Notes under the pieces: model-generated
Told to the model about the DNA's origin: nothing
Seen by the model: the letters and a program-made list of their open reading frames with translations, nothing else
The model's database searches: none
Assembly: GCA_040879435.1 (NCBI GenBank)
Contig: JBBDKG010000017.1
Span: 2,060-66,059 of the forward strand
Source: Minisyncoccota bacterium
Lineage (GTDB): Bacteria; Patescibacteriota; Minisyncoccia; Phycocordibacterales; UBA918
Length of the DNA: 64,000 nucleotides
Direction: 5' to 3'
Made by a program: the position numbers and the translations under genes
Shown: in pieces, positions 40,933 through 50,086 of the stretch
How the letters are laid out: every line of letters begins with the position of its first letter
Numbering within the stretch: position 1 is the stretch's first letter

Positions 40933-41781
40933 CTAGTGTGGTTCCTCGGTCGCAAGCTTAATGAAATACAAGGTCAAGATAGCAAAGATGAACGCTTGTA
41001 TGAACCCCACGAACACTTCATACGCAATGAGCGGCACTGGCAACACATACGGTGTGGCGAGTGCCATCACCACAAGAATGAGGGTCTTGCCGGCAAAGAT
41101 ATTGCCGAAGAGACGAAACGAGAACGCTACCAGACGCGCGAACTCAGACATGAGTTCGATAAGACCGATCGCGAACGCAAGTGGTGAAGAGAAGTTAATG
41201 AACTTCCCCGCGTACCGCCACACCCCGATCGCAAGCACACCAGCGATCTCGATGGTGAAGAAGGCGATGATCGCAAACGCGATGGTGATGTTGAGGTCTG
41301 CCGCAGGTGGGTATAGAAGAGGTATAAGGTGCCTGTCGCTCCCGTGACCTTCAAAGAACCCAACGGACGTGACCCCAGGGAATAGCCCAAGCCAGTTCAT
41401 CGCAAGGATGAACACGAAGATGGTCATAATGATCGGAAAGTACCGGCGCGTACGACTCTCGTCTTCCAGCACACTTGCGACGTAGTCGTATGCCCCGCCG
41501 ATGAGCATCTCAAGTATACTTTGGAACTTCGACGGGATCACTGCCAGCTTTCTTCCGCCAAAGAAAGCCAATACCGCCAAGAGAATCATGGTGACCCACG
41601 CGGTGAGAAGTGTTGCAGTGATGGGCATCGAACCGACCGTTCCAAGCACGTACGGGCTTAACTTGACACTGATGGCTCCTGACTCCGCAGCGAGCGCGGG
41701 GGTGGATACACCAAAGAGCGCGCCCAGAAGGAGCGTTCCTCCAACCACTCGTATTCTCGACATTACACTATGAAAGGCCAT
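40933..41781 (-). CDS. atpB: ATP synthase a
   Basis: NWLGLFP, SFRLFGNIFAG, FIQAFIFAIL. Confidence 0.96.
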   Translation of the reverse strand: MAFHSVMSRIRVVGGTLLLGALFGVSTPALAAESGAISVKLSPYVLGTVGSMPITATLLTAWVTMILLAVLAFFGGRKLAVIPSKFQSILEMLIGGAYDYVASVLEDESRTRRYFPIIMTIFVFILAMNWLGLFPGVTSVGFFEGHGSDRHLIPLLYPPAADLNITIAFAIIAFFTIEIAGVLAIGVWRYAGKFINFSSPLAFAIGLIELMSEFARLVAFSFRLFGNIFAGKTLILVVMALATPYVLPVPLIAYEVFVGFIQAFIFAILTLYFIKLATEEPH

Positions 41782-41794
41782 ACTGCGATACTCT

Positions 41795-41892
41795 CCAGTC
41801 GCTCCCCTACGGAATGCAGGACAAATAAAGATTTAAATCGTATTCCGTGCGATTTAAGACTCTGTTGCCCAACATTCCCGCTGTGGCGACGG
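41795..41892 (-). promoter_or_regulatory. Structured 5' leader of the atp operon
   Basis: Four nested inverted repeats between a -10-like element and the atpB start. Confidence 0.5.
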
Positions 41893-41974
41893 CGTGATAA
41901 TAGCATACATCAGTGAGCACGGAAAGAAGAAAACGGGCACAAAATGCCCGTTTCCCACCACCCTATTGTGCTCT

Positions 41975-42709
41975 CTACGCAGTGTATGCTTCGCCTGCCT
42001 GTGGAGCATCAGGTACAGACGCTACGTCTGCCTGTGGTACCTGTTTCAGTTCAAGATAGAGTACATAGACGTATGCAATGCTGATTGGAGTGAGGATCGC
42101 GTTCAGGATCAGATTTGAGACTGCGGCGACTCCCGCTCCGATGAACTCATCGAACAGGGCACCTATAAGTCCGAAGATGAGGCCGACGACGATGCCGATA
42201 GCAACCAGTACGAGCAGACGGCCGAACACCGCCCACCACTTACCTGAAACCATCCGTTTGCTCTGTTTCATTGCTTCAATACCACCGGTACCTTCAGCGA
42301 TCAGGACGTAGTAGCTGAAGGCGAACCAGACCGAGAAGATGATACCTGGAATGATAAGAAGGAGGAATCCTGCCAACACCGCAAGCGTCACCACGATCGA
42401 CAGTATCACGTACCGCCAGAAGTATGGCGTAGATGCACGATACGCATCCATGATGGAAAGTGACGGATTCATGACCGCATGGATCATCGCGATACCCATG
42501 AAGATACTGGCGATGATCACAAGGATCCACAAGATGGCCGCCAATGTATATGTGACCGGTGTTGCAAGTGCAAGTCCTTCTTGGAACTCCACCAGCATTG
42601 TCACGAGGAAGGTTAAAATGCCCGGAATGATATAAATGCCGACGAACAGTTTCGGATTCTGGAGAAACACGTCTACGGCGTTTCGAATGAGTGTAATTGG
42701 CCCTTTCAT
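41975..42709 (-). CDS. Multi-TM membrane protein (DUF975/DUF7847-like)
   Basis: G.LLLIIPGII and A.KQS..MV.G.WW.VFG patterns. Confidence 0.8.
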   Translation of the reverse strand: MKGPITLIRNAVDVFLQNPKLFVGIYIIPGILTFLVTMLVEFQEGLALATPVTYTLAAILWILVIIASIFMGIAMIHAVMNPSLSIMDAYRASTPYFWRYVILSIVVTLAVLAGFLLLIIPGIIFSVWFAFSYYVLIAEGTGGIEAMKQSKRMVSGKWWAVFGRLLVLVAIGIVVGLIFGLIGALFDEFIGAGVAAVSNLILNAILTPISIAYVYVLYLELKQVPQADVASVPDAPQAGEAYTA

Positions 42710-42811
42710 ACGCTTTGTACTTACTGGTATTTCTTCATGATAGCATGCGTACTCAAAATACCACCGCATATATCCATCAAAAGTGAATAGCCGATGAGTG
42801 CCATCAGAATC

Positions 42812-42840
42812 GAAAAAACTGCCGGCGTGGCAGTTTTTTC
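42812..42840. terminator. Bidirectional terminator
   Basis: GAAAAAACTGCC/GGCAGTTTTTTC. Confidence 0.7.
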
Positions 42841-42974
42841 GCTTATGTGGTTTACTCTTGGCTTGAACGCTTTCCGCCGCTCCATCGGCGACAAAACCGC
42901 GCCACTGACAATATCAAATTTTTCTTTGAAGGACTAGGTTTGAGCGTGCAAAGCACACACAATTTTGTTCTTTC

Positions 42975-43005
42975 AAAAAAAAAGCGGAACGCGTGTGCGT
43001 TCCGC
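42975..43005 (-). terminator. Intrinsic terminator
   Basis: GCGGAACGC/GCGTTCCGC stem followed by a long T-run on the minus strand. Confidence 0.75.
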
Positions 43006-43042
43006 CGGTCGAAGTGCTTAGAAGCAGGGCACAGCAAGTTTC

Positions 43043-43342
43043 CTACTCAGTGGATTCTGTCGCATCCCGCTTCATCTTGCGGACATAGAGAGCTTGCCGA
43101 CTGACGCCGATTTCGTCGGCGATAGTTGAACTGGTGATGCGCTCACCACGCTCAAACAGACGAGCTGCACCGATAGTCTCTTGCAGGACTCCCCAGTCAG
43201 AACGCTCAAACTTTGAAAGCTCCTTGCCCATCAGCTGCTCTGCAAGTTTGCCAATGCACAGAGCTTTTTCGAACCTCTCCGTAGCGCTTAGGCCGGGAGC
43301 ACTCGTTTGCAACAAAGTCAGATGCTTGCGCGATCTAGACAT
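43043..43342 (-). CDS. Small protein with C-terminal HTH
   Basis: SSTIADEIGVSRQALY HTH; GGAGGAG SD. Confidence 0.7.
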   Translation of the reverse strand: MSRSRKHLTLLQTSAPGLSATERFEKALCIGKLAEQLMGKELSKFERSDWGVLQETIGAARLFERGERITSSTIADEIGVSRQALYVRKMKRDATESTE

Positions 43343-43674
43343 GAACTCCTCCATTTTCTGGGTTCAGTGAAACTATACCATTAGGACGACAGTGCGTCAA
43401 AAACACACAGAAAATTATTGGTCCGAATTTCCTGCTTATATGTAAAAGTTTTCTTTTCCAAAAGCAAAACGGTTGTGTCGACAATCGTCAGCTCTGCCTC
43501 TTAAAGGACGCGGAGACGCACGGTCAAGCAGGGGCTCGTACCATCTTGGTGCGAGCTCTTTCTTTTGCGCAGTACAGTCTCGTCATCTCTCCTACAGTTC
43601 TGAAATATTTCAACCCGCTCAAATTCATACACGAAGGCCCGGAGGGATACTCCGAGCCTTCGTACCTACCCTTG

Positions 43675-43748
43675 TGGACCCGACTGGACTTGAACCAGCG
43701 ACCTCCTGAGTGCAAAACAGGCGCTCTAGCCAACTGAGCTACGGGCCC
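43675..43748 (-). tRNA. tRNA-Ala(UGC), CCA not encoded
   Basis: Cloverleaf GGGCCCG/CGGGTCC-A with G3:U70, anticodon loop TTTGCAC, T-loop GTTCAAG. Confidence 0.96.
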
Positions 43749-43818
43749 AACTTTCTGAACCAACATTTAGTTCAAAAGCTGGAATATAGTACTGATTTAC
43801 GCATCGGAAGTCAATCAG

Positions 43819-44361
43819 CTATTCGACCATCCACGGTGTTTCGTTCGAAACAGACACTAGATGATTTACCGCCAGCGTTCTGTCACCTTTCCACGCAGCA
43901 TCCAGTGAGCCGATCTCCATTTGCACATACTCCCCTGTCTCTGCGTCCCTGACTGGATGGACGGTGTCTGTGTCGGCGTTATAGATGTAGCTGTAGCATT
44001 GTCCGTCATCAACATGCACTTGTACGCAGTAATAGAGCAGTCGCTGGTCTTCTGCGAGCGCTGTCTCACTCACCGCATAATGGTAGCCGTTGAAATCCTC
44101 CTCGGGAGCCATAGTACTTGCACTCACGATCCTGTCGCGTGTTCCGATCTTCACGAACAAACCTTCATTATCGATGATCACATCCCGAATGATGCCTCCA
44201 CTTTCATTGGCGGATGCAACCAATCCATATTCAGACTGCTCGGTCTGCTTTTCTGCAAACATCGGTTCCTTCTGGTCGGTAAGCTCGAAAGCAATGAATG
44301 CGGTCACAAATCCTATGATATATCCGAGTACCGCTATGACGATCTGCTCATGGCGTTTCAT
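43819..44361 (-). CDS. Membrane-anchored hypothetical protein
   Basis: N-terminal TM, beta-rich domain with a Cys pair; TACAAT upstream of ATG at 44361. Confidence 0.75.
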   Translation of the reverse strand: MKRHEQIVIAVLGYIIGFVTAFIAFELTDQKEPMFAEKQTEQSEYGLVASANESGGIIRDVIIDNEGLFVKIGTRDRIVSASTMAPEEDFNGYHYAVSETALAEDQRLLYYCVQVHVDDGQCYSYIYNADTDTVHPVRDAETGEYVQMEIGSLDAAWKGDRTLAVNHLVSVSNETPWMVE

Positions 44362-44417
44362 ATGAAGATTGTAACACCCGAACAACGAGCTACTGTCAAC
44401 CACTGTGCATAAGGATG

Positions 44418-45395
44418 CTACCGTCTTCGCACGAGTGCATCAGTGATGAGGTGCTCAATGAATTCAGAATAGGAACAGCCGACCGCGTCGAGGGCCTTCG
44501 GCATGAGTGATTCTGCGGTCAGTCCTGGTAGCGTATTCACCTCGAGAAAATACATGCCATCATCCGCCACAATGAAGTCAGAGCGCGAATACTGCGATAG
44601 CCCGAGAATAGCATGTATCTGCGCAGCGAAATCCGAAAGCTGCCGCTTTTCATCCGCACTGAACCTTCCCGGACAGATCTCGTCAGTCTTTCCGGAGTAT
44701 TTTGCGTTGTATGTGAAAAAATGCTCCTCATCCGGTACTACGATCTCGATCGCTGGCAGTGCGTAGAGGGACTGATCGCGAAAACGTTCTACCACACCGA
44801 TCGTCGCCTCACGTCCGTGGATACGCTTCTCAACAAGAACCTCATCGCGGTGTTCAAGCAGCTGCCCGAGTATGCGTGTCAGTTCACCGCCACCTCGTGT
44901 GATGAATGTGTCCACAGACGAGCCGCTGTTCACCGGCTTGACCACACACTCATGTCCATATAGCTCCTCGATGCGGTGTGCAACACGGGCGATGTCAGTG
45001 TTGCGCCCTTTCGTGACCCGCATGTGTGGTGCCATCTTGACTGGCATGTCGTAGAGATGCTCTTTTGTGAGGATCTTATTCATCGCCAGCGACGATGCGT
45101 ACGCTTTGCTGCCAGTGTATGGAATACCAAGCCGATCGAGGAGACGCTGCACTTCTCCATCCTCACCATACGCGCCATGAAGTGCGATGAATGCGACGTC
45201 AGCGGTAGCCAGAGCGTCCTTCGGTGCACGCGGAAATCCGTCGACGATCCATTCGCCGGCCTTTGATATTACGATATCGTGCGGCTGATACGACGACTTC
45301 TGCAGCGCACCAAGCACTGAAGCACCGGTCCGCATCGAAACCTCATACTCGTCGCTTGGACCGCCACGCAGTACCGCTACTCGGGCTTCTGACAT
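44418..45395 (-). CDS. ddl: D-alanine--D-alanine ligase
   Basis: GGPSDEYEVS, LHGAYGEDG, SGSS, AKY, EVNTLPG. Confidence 0.96.
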   Translation of the reverse strand: MSEARVAVLRGGPSDEYEVSMRTGASVLGALQKSSYQPHDIVISKAGEWIVDGFPRAPKDALATADVAFIALHGAYGEDGEVQRLLDRLGIPYTGSKAYASSLAMNKILTKEHLYDMPVKMAPHMRVTKGRNTDIARVAHRIEELYGHECVVKPVNSGSSVDTFITRGGGELTRILGQLLEHRDEVLVEKRIHGREATIGVVERFRDQSLYALPAIEIVVPDEEHFFTYNAKYSGKTDEICPGRFSADEKRQLSDFAAQIHAILGLSQYSRSDFIVADDGMYFLEVNTLPGLTAESLMPKALDAVGCSYSEFIEHLITDALVRRR

Positions 45396-45435
45396 ACCCT
45401 TAGTATAACCTATGCTTCAGCCAGAAGGTCACACC

Positions 45436-46671
45436 CTACTGAAGAGCACGCTTTCTTCGCTTGCTCGTGTGGTACGCGACAGCAAATCGATGGGATTCGG
45501 CATTAGCTAGGAGGATCGAGTTCTCATGAGCTTCACGCATCGCTTTTGTCGCCAAAATACGCACGGGGCGATGTCGTTCGTCCTTCACAACCGCCACCAC
45601 CGGTATGACCGCTCCAACCTTCCGCAGCACAAACTCAGCTGCATTTTTCTGGGCGGTGCTGCCGTCAACGACAACGATCTGTGGGTACGGCCACTCAGGG
45701 TGTCCGAGCCTTCGCTCCAACACCTCCTTGAGTGCAGCGGTATCATTCGAGCCTTGTATGCTTTTGATCTTGAACTTCCGATACTCCGAAGCCTTCGCTT
45801 CTCCACCCTCAACAACGGTCATCACACCGACCATGTCCGATCCGCCAAGATGTGCGATGTCGTAGGCTTCAATACGTACGTTCCGATCGTCACGGTATAC
45901 ACGCATATCATCCTTTATGAGCGCAATGTCCTGGATGTGCTGCATTGCAAAGATCTTCCGCTTCACGGTATCCGCCTCTTCAAATCTCTCTTCCTTAGCC
46001 AAGACCTTCATCTCTCGCTCAAGTTCCTTGATGATCTGCTTCTTCTTTCCCTCAAAGAAGAGCCGAAGGTGTCTGATCGTCTTCTGGTACTCCTGCTTCG
46101 ACTGCACGTCGGGATACAGGCCGATCTGCCGGTTGAAATCGATCTGTCCCCGTGCCATCTTCGAGCGCTCAGCTCCGACCGGCAGAGAGGTATCGTAGTA
46201 CTTGAAGAGTCGTCGGATGATCTTCAGCGCCTCGCGCAGAGACTGACCGCTCGGGAACGGACCAAAATGATACTTCACCTCCTTTTCTGTGAATTGCTCA
46301 GTGAGGTCCTTCCCGCGCACGATGAGCACCCGAGGGAATGCTTCGTTGGTTATAACAAGGTGGTTGTAGCTCTTGTCGTCCTTTGAGCGTGTATTGTATT
46401 GCGGTTTATGCGTGCGTATCAGATTCGTCTCGAGAATGAGCGCCTCGAGCACAGAGTCGGTTACCGTCCATTCGAGCGCTTTTGCTTCTGCGACCATCTG
46501 CTCAATGACTTCGCTTCGCTTCTCCTTCACATCGGAGGTAAAGTAGCTGCGCACGCGATTTTTAAGCGACGTAGCCTTGCCGATATAGAGGATCTCCTTT
46601 CGTTTTCCCAAAAAGAAATACACCCCCGGTTCGTTGGGGATCTTCCTCTTCGTCAGATCTTCACGGGTCAT
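45436..46671 (-). CDS. uvrC: UvrC-like excinuclease (short, lacks HhH tail)
   Basis: GVY..YIGKA..L..R GIY-YIG, UVR motif, RIEAYDIAH, YRKFKI, VVDG, ESHRFA. Confidence 0.88.
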   Translation of the reverse strand: MTREDLTKRKIPNEPGVYFFLGKRKEILYIGKATSLKNRVRSYFTSDVKEKRSEVIEQMVAEAKALEWTVTDSVLEALILETNLIRTHKPQYNTRSKDDKSYNHLVITNEAFPRVLIVRGKDLTEQFTEKEVKYHFGPFPSGQSLREALKIIRRLFKYYDTSLPVGAERSKMARGQIDFNRQIGLYPDVQSKQEYQKTIRHLRLFFEGKKKQIIKELEREMKVLAKEERFEEADTVKRKIFAMQHIQDIALIKDDMRVYRDDRNVRIEAYDIAHLGGSDMVGVMTVVEGGEAKASEYRKFKIKSIQGSNDTAALKEVLERRLGHPEWPYPQIVVVDGSTAQKNAAEFVLRKVGAVIPVVAVVKDERHRPVRILATKAMREAHENSILLANAESHRFAVAYHTSKRRKRALQ

Positions 46672-46751
46672 GCGCACACTATACCCCGTCAAATGTTTTT
46701 CGCCACTTCATGAATGATATGCTTATCAAGAGAGGTCAGGAGGACCCTTCC

Positions 46752-46889
46752 ATGAACGATTCAAATCCTCTGCTCGGGGTAATCCTCACACTTGTGGTCT
46801 GTATCGGATTTATGTGGTTGCTGGTGGCAAACCTGCCTGCAAGTGCTTTCGTTTCATTTCCAGTGCAGATCGCTGAGCAGACGAAATAA
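46752..46889 (+). CDS. 45-aa single-TM microprotein
   Basis: Manual translation MNDSNPLLGVILTLVVCIGFMWLLVANLPASAFVSFPVQIAEQTK; AGGAGG SD; terminator directly after. Confidence 0.7.
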   Translation: MNDSNPLLGVILTLVVCIGFMWLLVANLPASAFVSFPVQIAEQTK

Positions 46890-46893
46890 AGGG

Positions 46894-46921
46894 GGCCGCG
46901 CGGTGATTCGCGCGGCCTTTT
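46894..46921 (+). terminator. Intrinsic terminator
   Basis: GGCCGCGCG/CGCGCGGCC-like stem followed by TTTT. Confidence 0.7.
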
Positions 46922-46929
46922 GTAGGCAG

Positions 46930-47259
46930 CTATGCGGCCAGAACCGAATCGAGTGGCGACAGTTCGTTGTCTGCACTCGCAATTGTCTCAAGAATTTCTC
47001 TGTACTGGTCGCTGACGAGAAATTCATACGCTTCGCGAAAATATGCAGGCAACATCCCTGTCTTTTCATACAATGCAATTGTCTGGGGCATTCGCTTTTT
47101 CCAAAGATCCTTGCCTTGCGCACACCGCGGTACGAACCACCAGTCATCAATGAGGCTGATGATCTCAACGTTGGACCCACTTATATTGAGCCTCCTAGCA
47201 GCATTACTGATGATGAACTCCGCATCAGCGGGCAACACCACATCTGTGTCTTTATTCAC
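46930..47259 (-). CDS. Hypothetical protein
   Basis: About 109-aa ORF, probable GTG start after GAGAGG. Confidence 0.55.
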   Translation of the reverse strand: MNKDTDVVLPADAEFIISNAARRLNISGSNVEIISLIDDWWFVPRCAQGKDLWKKRMPQTIALYEKTGMLPAYFREAYEFLVSDQYREILETIASADNELSPLDSVLAA

Positions 47260-47338
47260 ACCGCACCCTCTCGCTATGTGTTGAAATGACCTGGACGTTC
47301 TAAAGTTCCAGTATAGCAATAAAATCTTCTTTTGTACC

Positions 47339-49987
47339 CTACTTTTTCAACATCCGCTTCAAATACGTACCGGTATGCGACTTCGCGTTCTGGGCTACCT
47401 GTTCGGGTGTCCCCTTTGCCACGATCTCTCCACCACCAGCCCCTCCTTCCGGCCCAATGTCGATGACGTAGTCAGCGCACTTGATAAGGTCAAGGTTGTG
47501 TTCAATGACCATGACCGTGTTACCACGATTCACAAGCTCCTGAAGGATCGAGATAAGGAGCGCAACATCCTCGTAATGGAGTCCAATCGTCGGCTCATCA
47601 AGCAGATAGATCGTCTTCTGTGTGTGTGGTCGGTAGAGCTCTGATGCAATCTTCACTCGTTGGGCTTCACCACCGGAAAGCGTGGTTGCGCTCTGTCCGA
47701 GTTCAAGGTAGCCGAGTCCAACATCAAGCATCGTTTTCAAACGCTCATAGATCGCCGGTACGTCGATAAAGAACTCGGCAGCTTCTTCAACGGTCATATG
47801 AAGGATCTGGTCGATATTCTTTTTCTTGTACGTGACCTCAAGCGTCTCCTTGGTGAAGCGCTTTCCTCCGCATATGTCACACTCAACGAACACTGTCGGG
47901 AGAAAGTGCATCTCAACCGCGATCATGCCATTCCCCTGACACGCCTCACACCGACCGCCCTTCACATTGAACGAGAAGCGTCCCGGCTTCCAGCCGCGAG
48001 CGCGTGATTCGCTGGTTGCAGCAAACAGGTCACGAATGTGTGTGAACGCTCCGATATACGTTGCGGGATTCGAGCGTGGCGTGCGGCCGATCGGCGACTG
48101 GTCAATGAGGATCGAGCGGCCTAGATACTCGGAACCCTCGAATGAAGCAGCATTATATGTATGTGGCGTGCGGTACCGCTTCTCCAGCCTCGAGCGCAGG
48201 TTCTTGTGCAGAATCTCATACATGAACGTAGACTTGCCGGAACCTGATACACCGGTGAGTGCAATGAAGCGTCCCAACGGAACATCGATGTGCAGGTTCT
48301 TGATATTGAATGCTTTGCCGCCGCGAATCTTCACTGAACCCTTCTCGCTTTCCCGTCGCTCCTTCGGGATATCTATTTTTTTCTCCCCGCGCAGGTACTG
48401 GAGTGTGAGGGACTTGCTTTTGTTCTGTTTTGCGGAAAGCAACGGCTCAAGGTAGTCCGCGACGACCACCTCACCGCCGTGCACGCCGGCTCCAGGACCG
48501 ATGTCCACAAGGTAGTCAGCGGCAAAGATCGTATCCTCATCATGCTCGACCACAATGATCGTGTTCCCGAGGTTACGAAGATCGGTGAGGGTCTTTATGA
48601 GCCGGTCGTTGTCGCGTTGATGGAGTCCGATGGTCGGCTCATCGAGCACATACAAGGCACCCACCAGTCCTGAACCGAGCTGAGACGCCAACCTGATACG
48701 TTGTGCTTCCCCGCCTGAGAGCGTATTGGCACGGCGGTTCAGGGTGAGGTACTCGATACCCACGTCATTCATGAACTGCAACCGGTCGATGATCTCACGA
48801 AGTGCTGGCCACGCGATGTCGTGGTCCTTCTTGCTGAGTTTGAGGCTTGAAACGAAATCCACCGCCTCTTTGACGGTCATGTTGGTGAAGGCGACAATAT
48901 TGATACCAAGGTCGTTCTTGCCGTTCCCTCCCAGGTAGACGCGGAGTGCCTCCTTACGCAGCCGTGCACCTTTGCATTCCGGACACTCGTCAGACTGAAA
49001 GATGCCCACGGTTCCCAACCCGTTGCACTCCGGACAGGCTCCATACGGAGAGTTGAACGAAAAGAGCCGCGGCTCCACTTCCGGAAAGGATGATCCGTCT
49101 ACAGGACAGATGAACTTTGCTGAAAGAATACGCTCAGTTCCATCCGGACTCTGCACCTTTATGAGACCATCAGCCTCAGCGAGGGCAAGCTCGACCGCTT
49201 CAGACAACCGCTCGTGTGACCCTTTTGGATCAGCGGTGAATTCACTCACATAGATCTCATCGACGAGAACGTCAATGTCGTGGCGTTTGGTCTTTGTGAG
49301 TTCGATCTTCTCGCGAAGCTGCTTGATCTGCCCGTCAATCTTCACGGTCTCATACCCTTTCGCGAGCAGGTCATACAACATCTGGTAGTACTCCCCTTTT
49401 CGACCCACAACGACCGGCGCAAAGATACTCACCCGACCTTTTGAAAGTTCAATGCCCATCACTTGCTCTTTTTTTGAAGCGCCACTCTTAAATTCCTTTT
49501 CCTCGATCGACTTCAGAATGATCCCAAGGATCTCGTCTTGTGAGAGTTTCTGAATCGGTACATCAACATCAAGACAGTACGGTTGCCCAATGCGCGCATA
49601 AAGGATACGCAGGTAGTCGTAGATCTCGGTGATGGTTGCGACCGTTGAACGCGGATTCCTGCTTGCTGATTTCTGATCGATCGAGATGGCCGGTGAGAGA
49701 CCACTTATCTCGTCCACATCAGGCTTCTGCATCTGGCGCAGGAACTGTCGCGCGTATGCGGAAAGAGATTCAATGTATCGTCGCTGACCCTCAGCAAAGA
49801 TTGTATCGAACGCAAGGGACGACTTTCCAGACCCTGATTTGCCGGTGAAGACCGTCATCGTGTTGCGCGGGATCTCCACGTCAACATTCTTCAGATTATG
49901 GGTACGTGCTCCCCGCACGATGATCTTGTCGCTTTTCCCTGCATCCCACCCTGTTCTGGTGTCCTTCTTAGGTTTTCCTGTTGCCAT
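47339..49987 (-). CDS. uvrA: Excinuclease ABC subunit A
   Basis: Two ABC modules (GKSGSGKSS, GVSGSGKST, two LSGGEAQR) and Zn fingers. Confidence 0.98.
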   Translation of the reverse strand: MATGKPKKDTRTGWDAGKSDKIIVRGARTHNLKNVDVEIPRNTMTVFTGKSGSGKSSLAFDTIFAEGQRRYIESLSAYARQFLRQMQKPDVDEISGLSPAISIDQKSASRNPRSTVATITEIYDYLRILYARIGQPYCLDVDVPIQKLSQDEILGIILKSIEEKEFKSGASKKEQVMGIELSKGRVSIFAPVVVGRKGEYYQMLYDLLAKGYETVKIDGQIKQLREKIELTKTKRHDIDVLVDEIYVSEFTADPKGSHERLSEAVELALAEADGLIKVQSPDGTERILSAKFICPVDGSSFPEVEPRLFSFNSPYGACPECNGLGTVGIFQSDECPECKGARLRKEALRVYLGGNGKNDLGINIVAFTNMTVKEAVDFVSSLKLSKKDHDIAWPALREIIDRLQFMNDVGIEYLTLNRRANTLSGGEAQRIRLASQLGSGLVGALYVLDEPTIGLHQRDNDRLIKTLTDLRNLGNTIIVVEHDEDTIFAADYLVDIGPGAGVHGGEVVVADYLEPLLSAKQNKSKSLTLQYLRGEKKIDIPKERRESEKGSVKIRGGKAFNIKNLHIDVPLGRFIALTGVSGSGKSTFMYEILHKNLRSRLEKRYRTPHTYNAASFEGSEYLGRSILIDQSPIGRTPRSNPATYIGAFTHIRDLFAATSESRARGWKPGRFSFNVKGGRCEACQGNGMIAVEMHFLPTVFVECDICGGKRFTKETLEVTYKKKNIDQILHMTVEEAAEFFIDVPAIYERLKTMLDVGLGYLELGQSATTLSGGEAQRVKIASELYRPHTQKTIYLLDEPTIGLHYEDVALLISILQELVNRGNTVMVIEHNLDLIKCADYVIDIGPEGGAGGGEIVAKGTPEQVAQNAKSHTGTYLKRMLKK

Positions 49988-50086
49988 AGCATATCGCCAG
50001 CGCGTGCAGGCGCTGGTTGGTATCGGCTATTCTAGTATAAAACACGGTGCTGTGCCACTCGCACAAGATCTCCACCACACAGCTCT

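Noticed and set aside
43460-43530. c-di-GMP-I (GEMM) riboswitch
   Set aside because: GCAAAA precedes a hairpin, but the GNRA loop/receptor and GACGCAAAG core are absent and no plus-strand gene follows
43524-43766. 80-aa ORF over the tRNA
   Set aside because: Spurious translation of tRNA-Ala and its flanks
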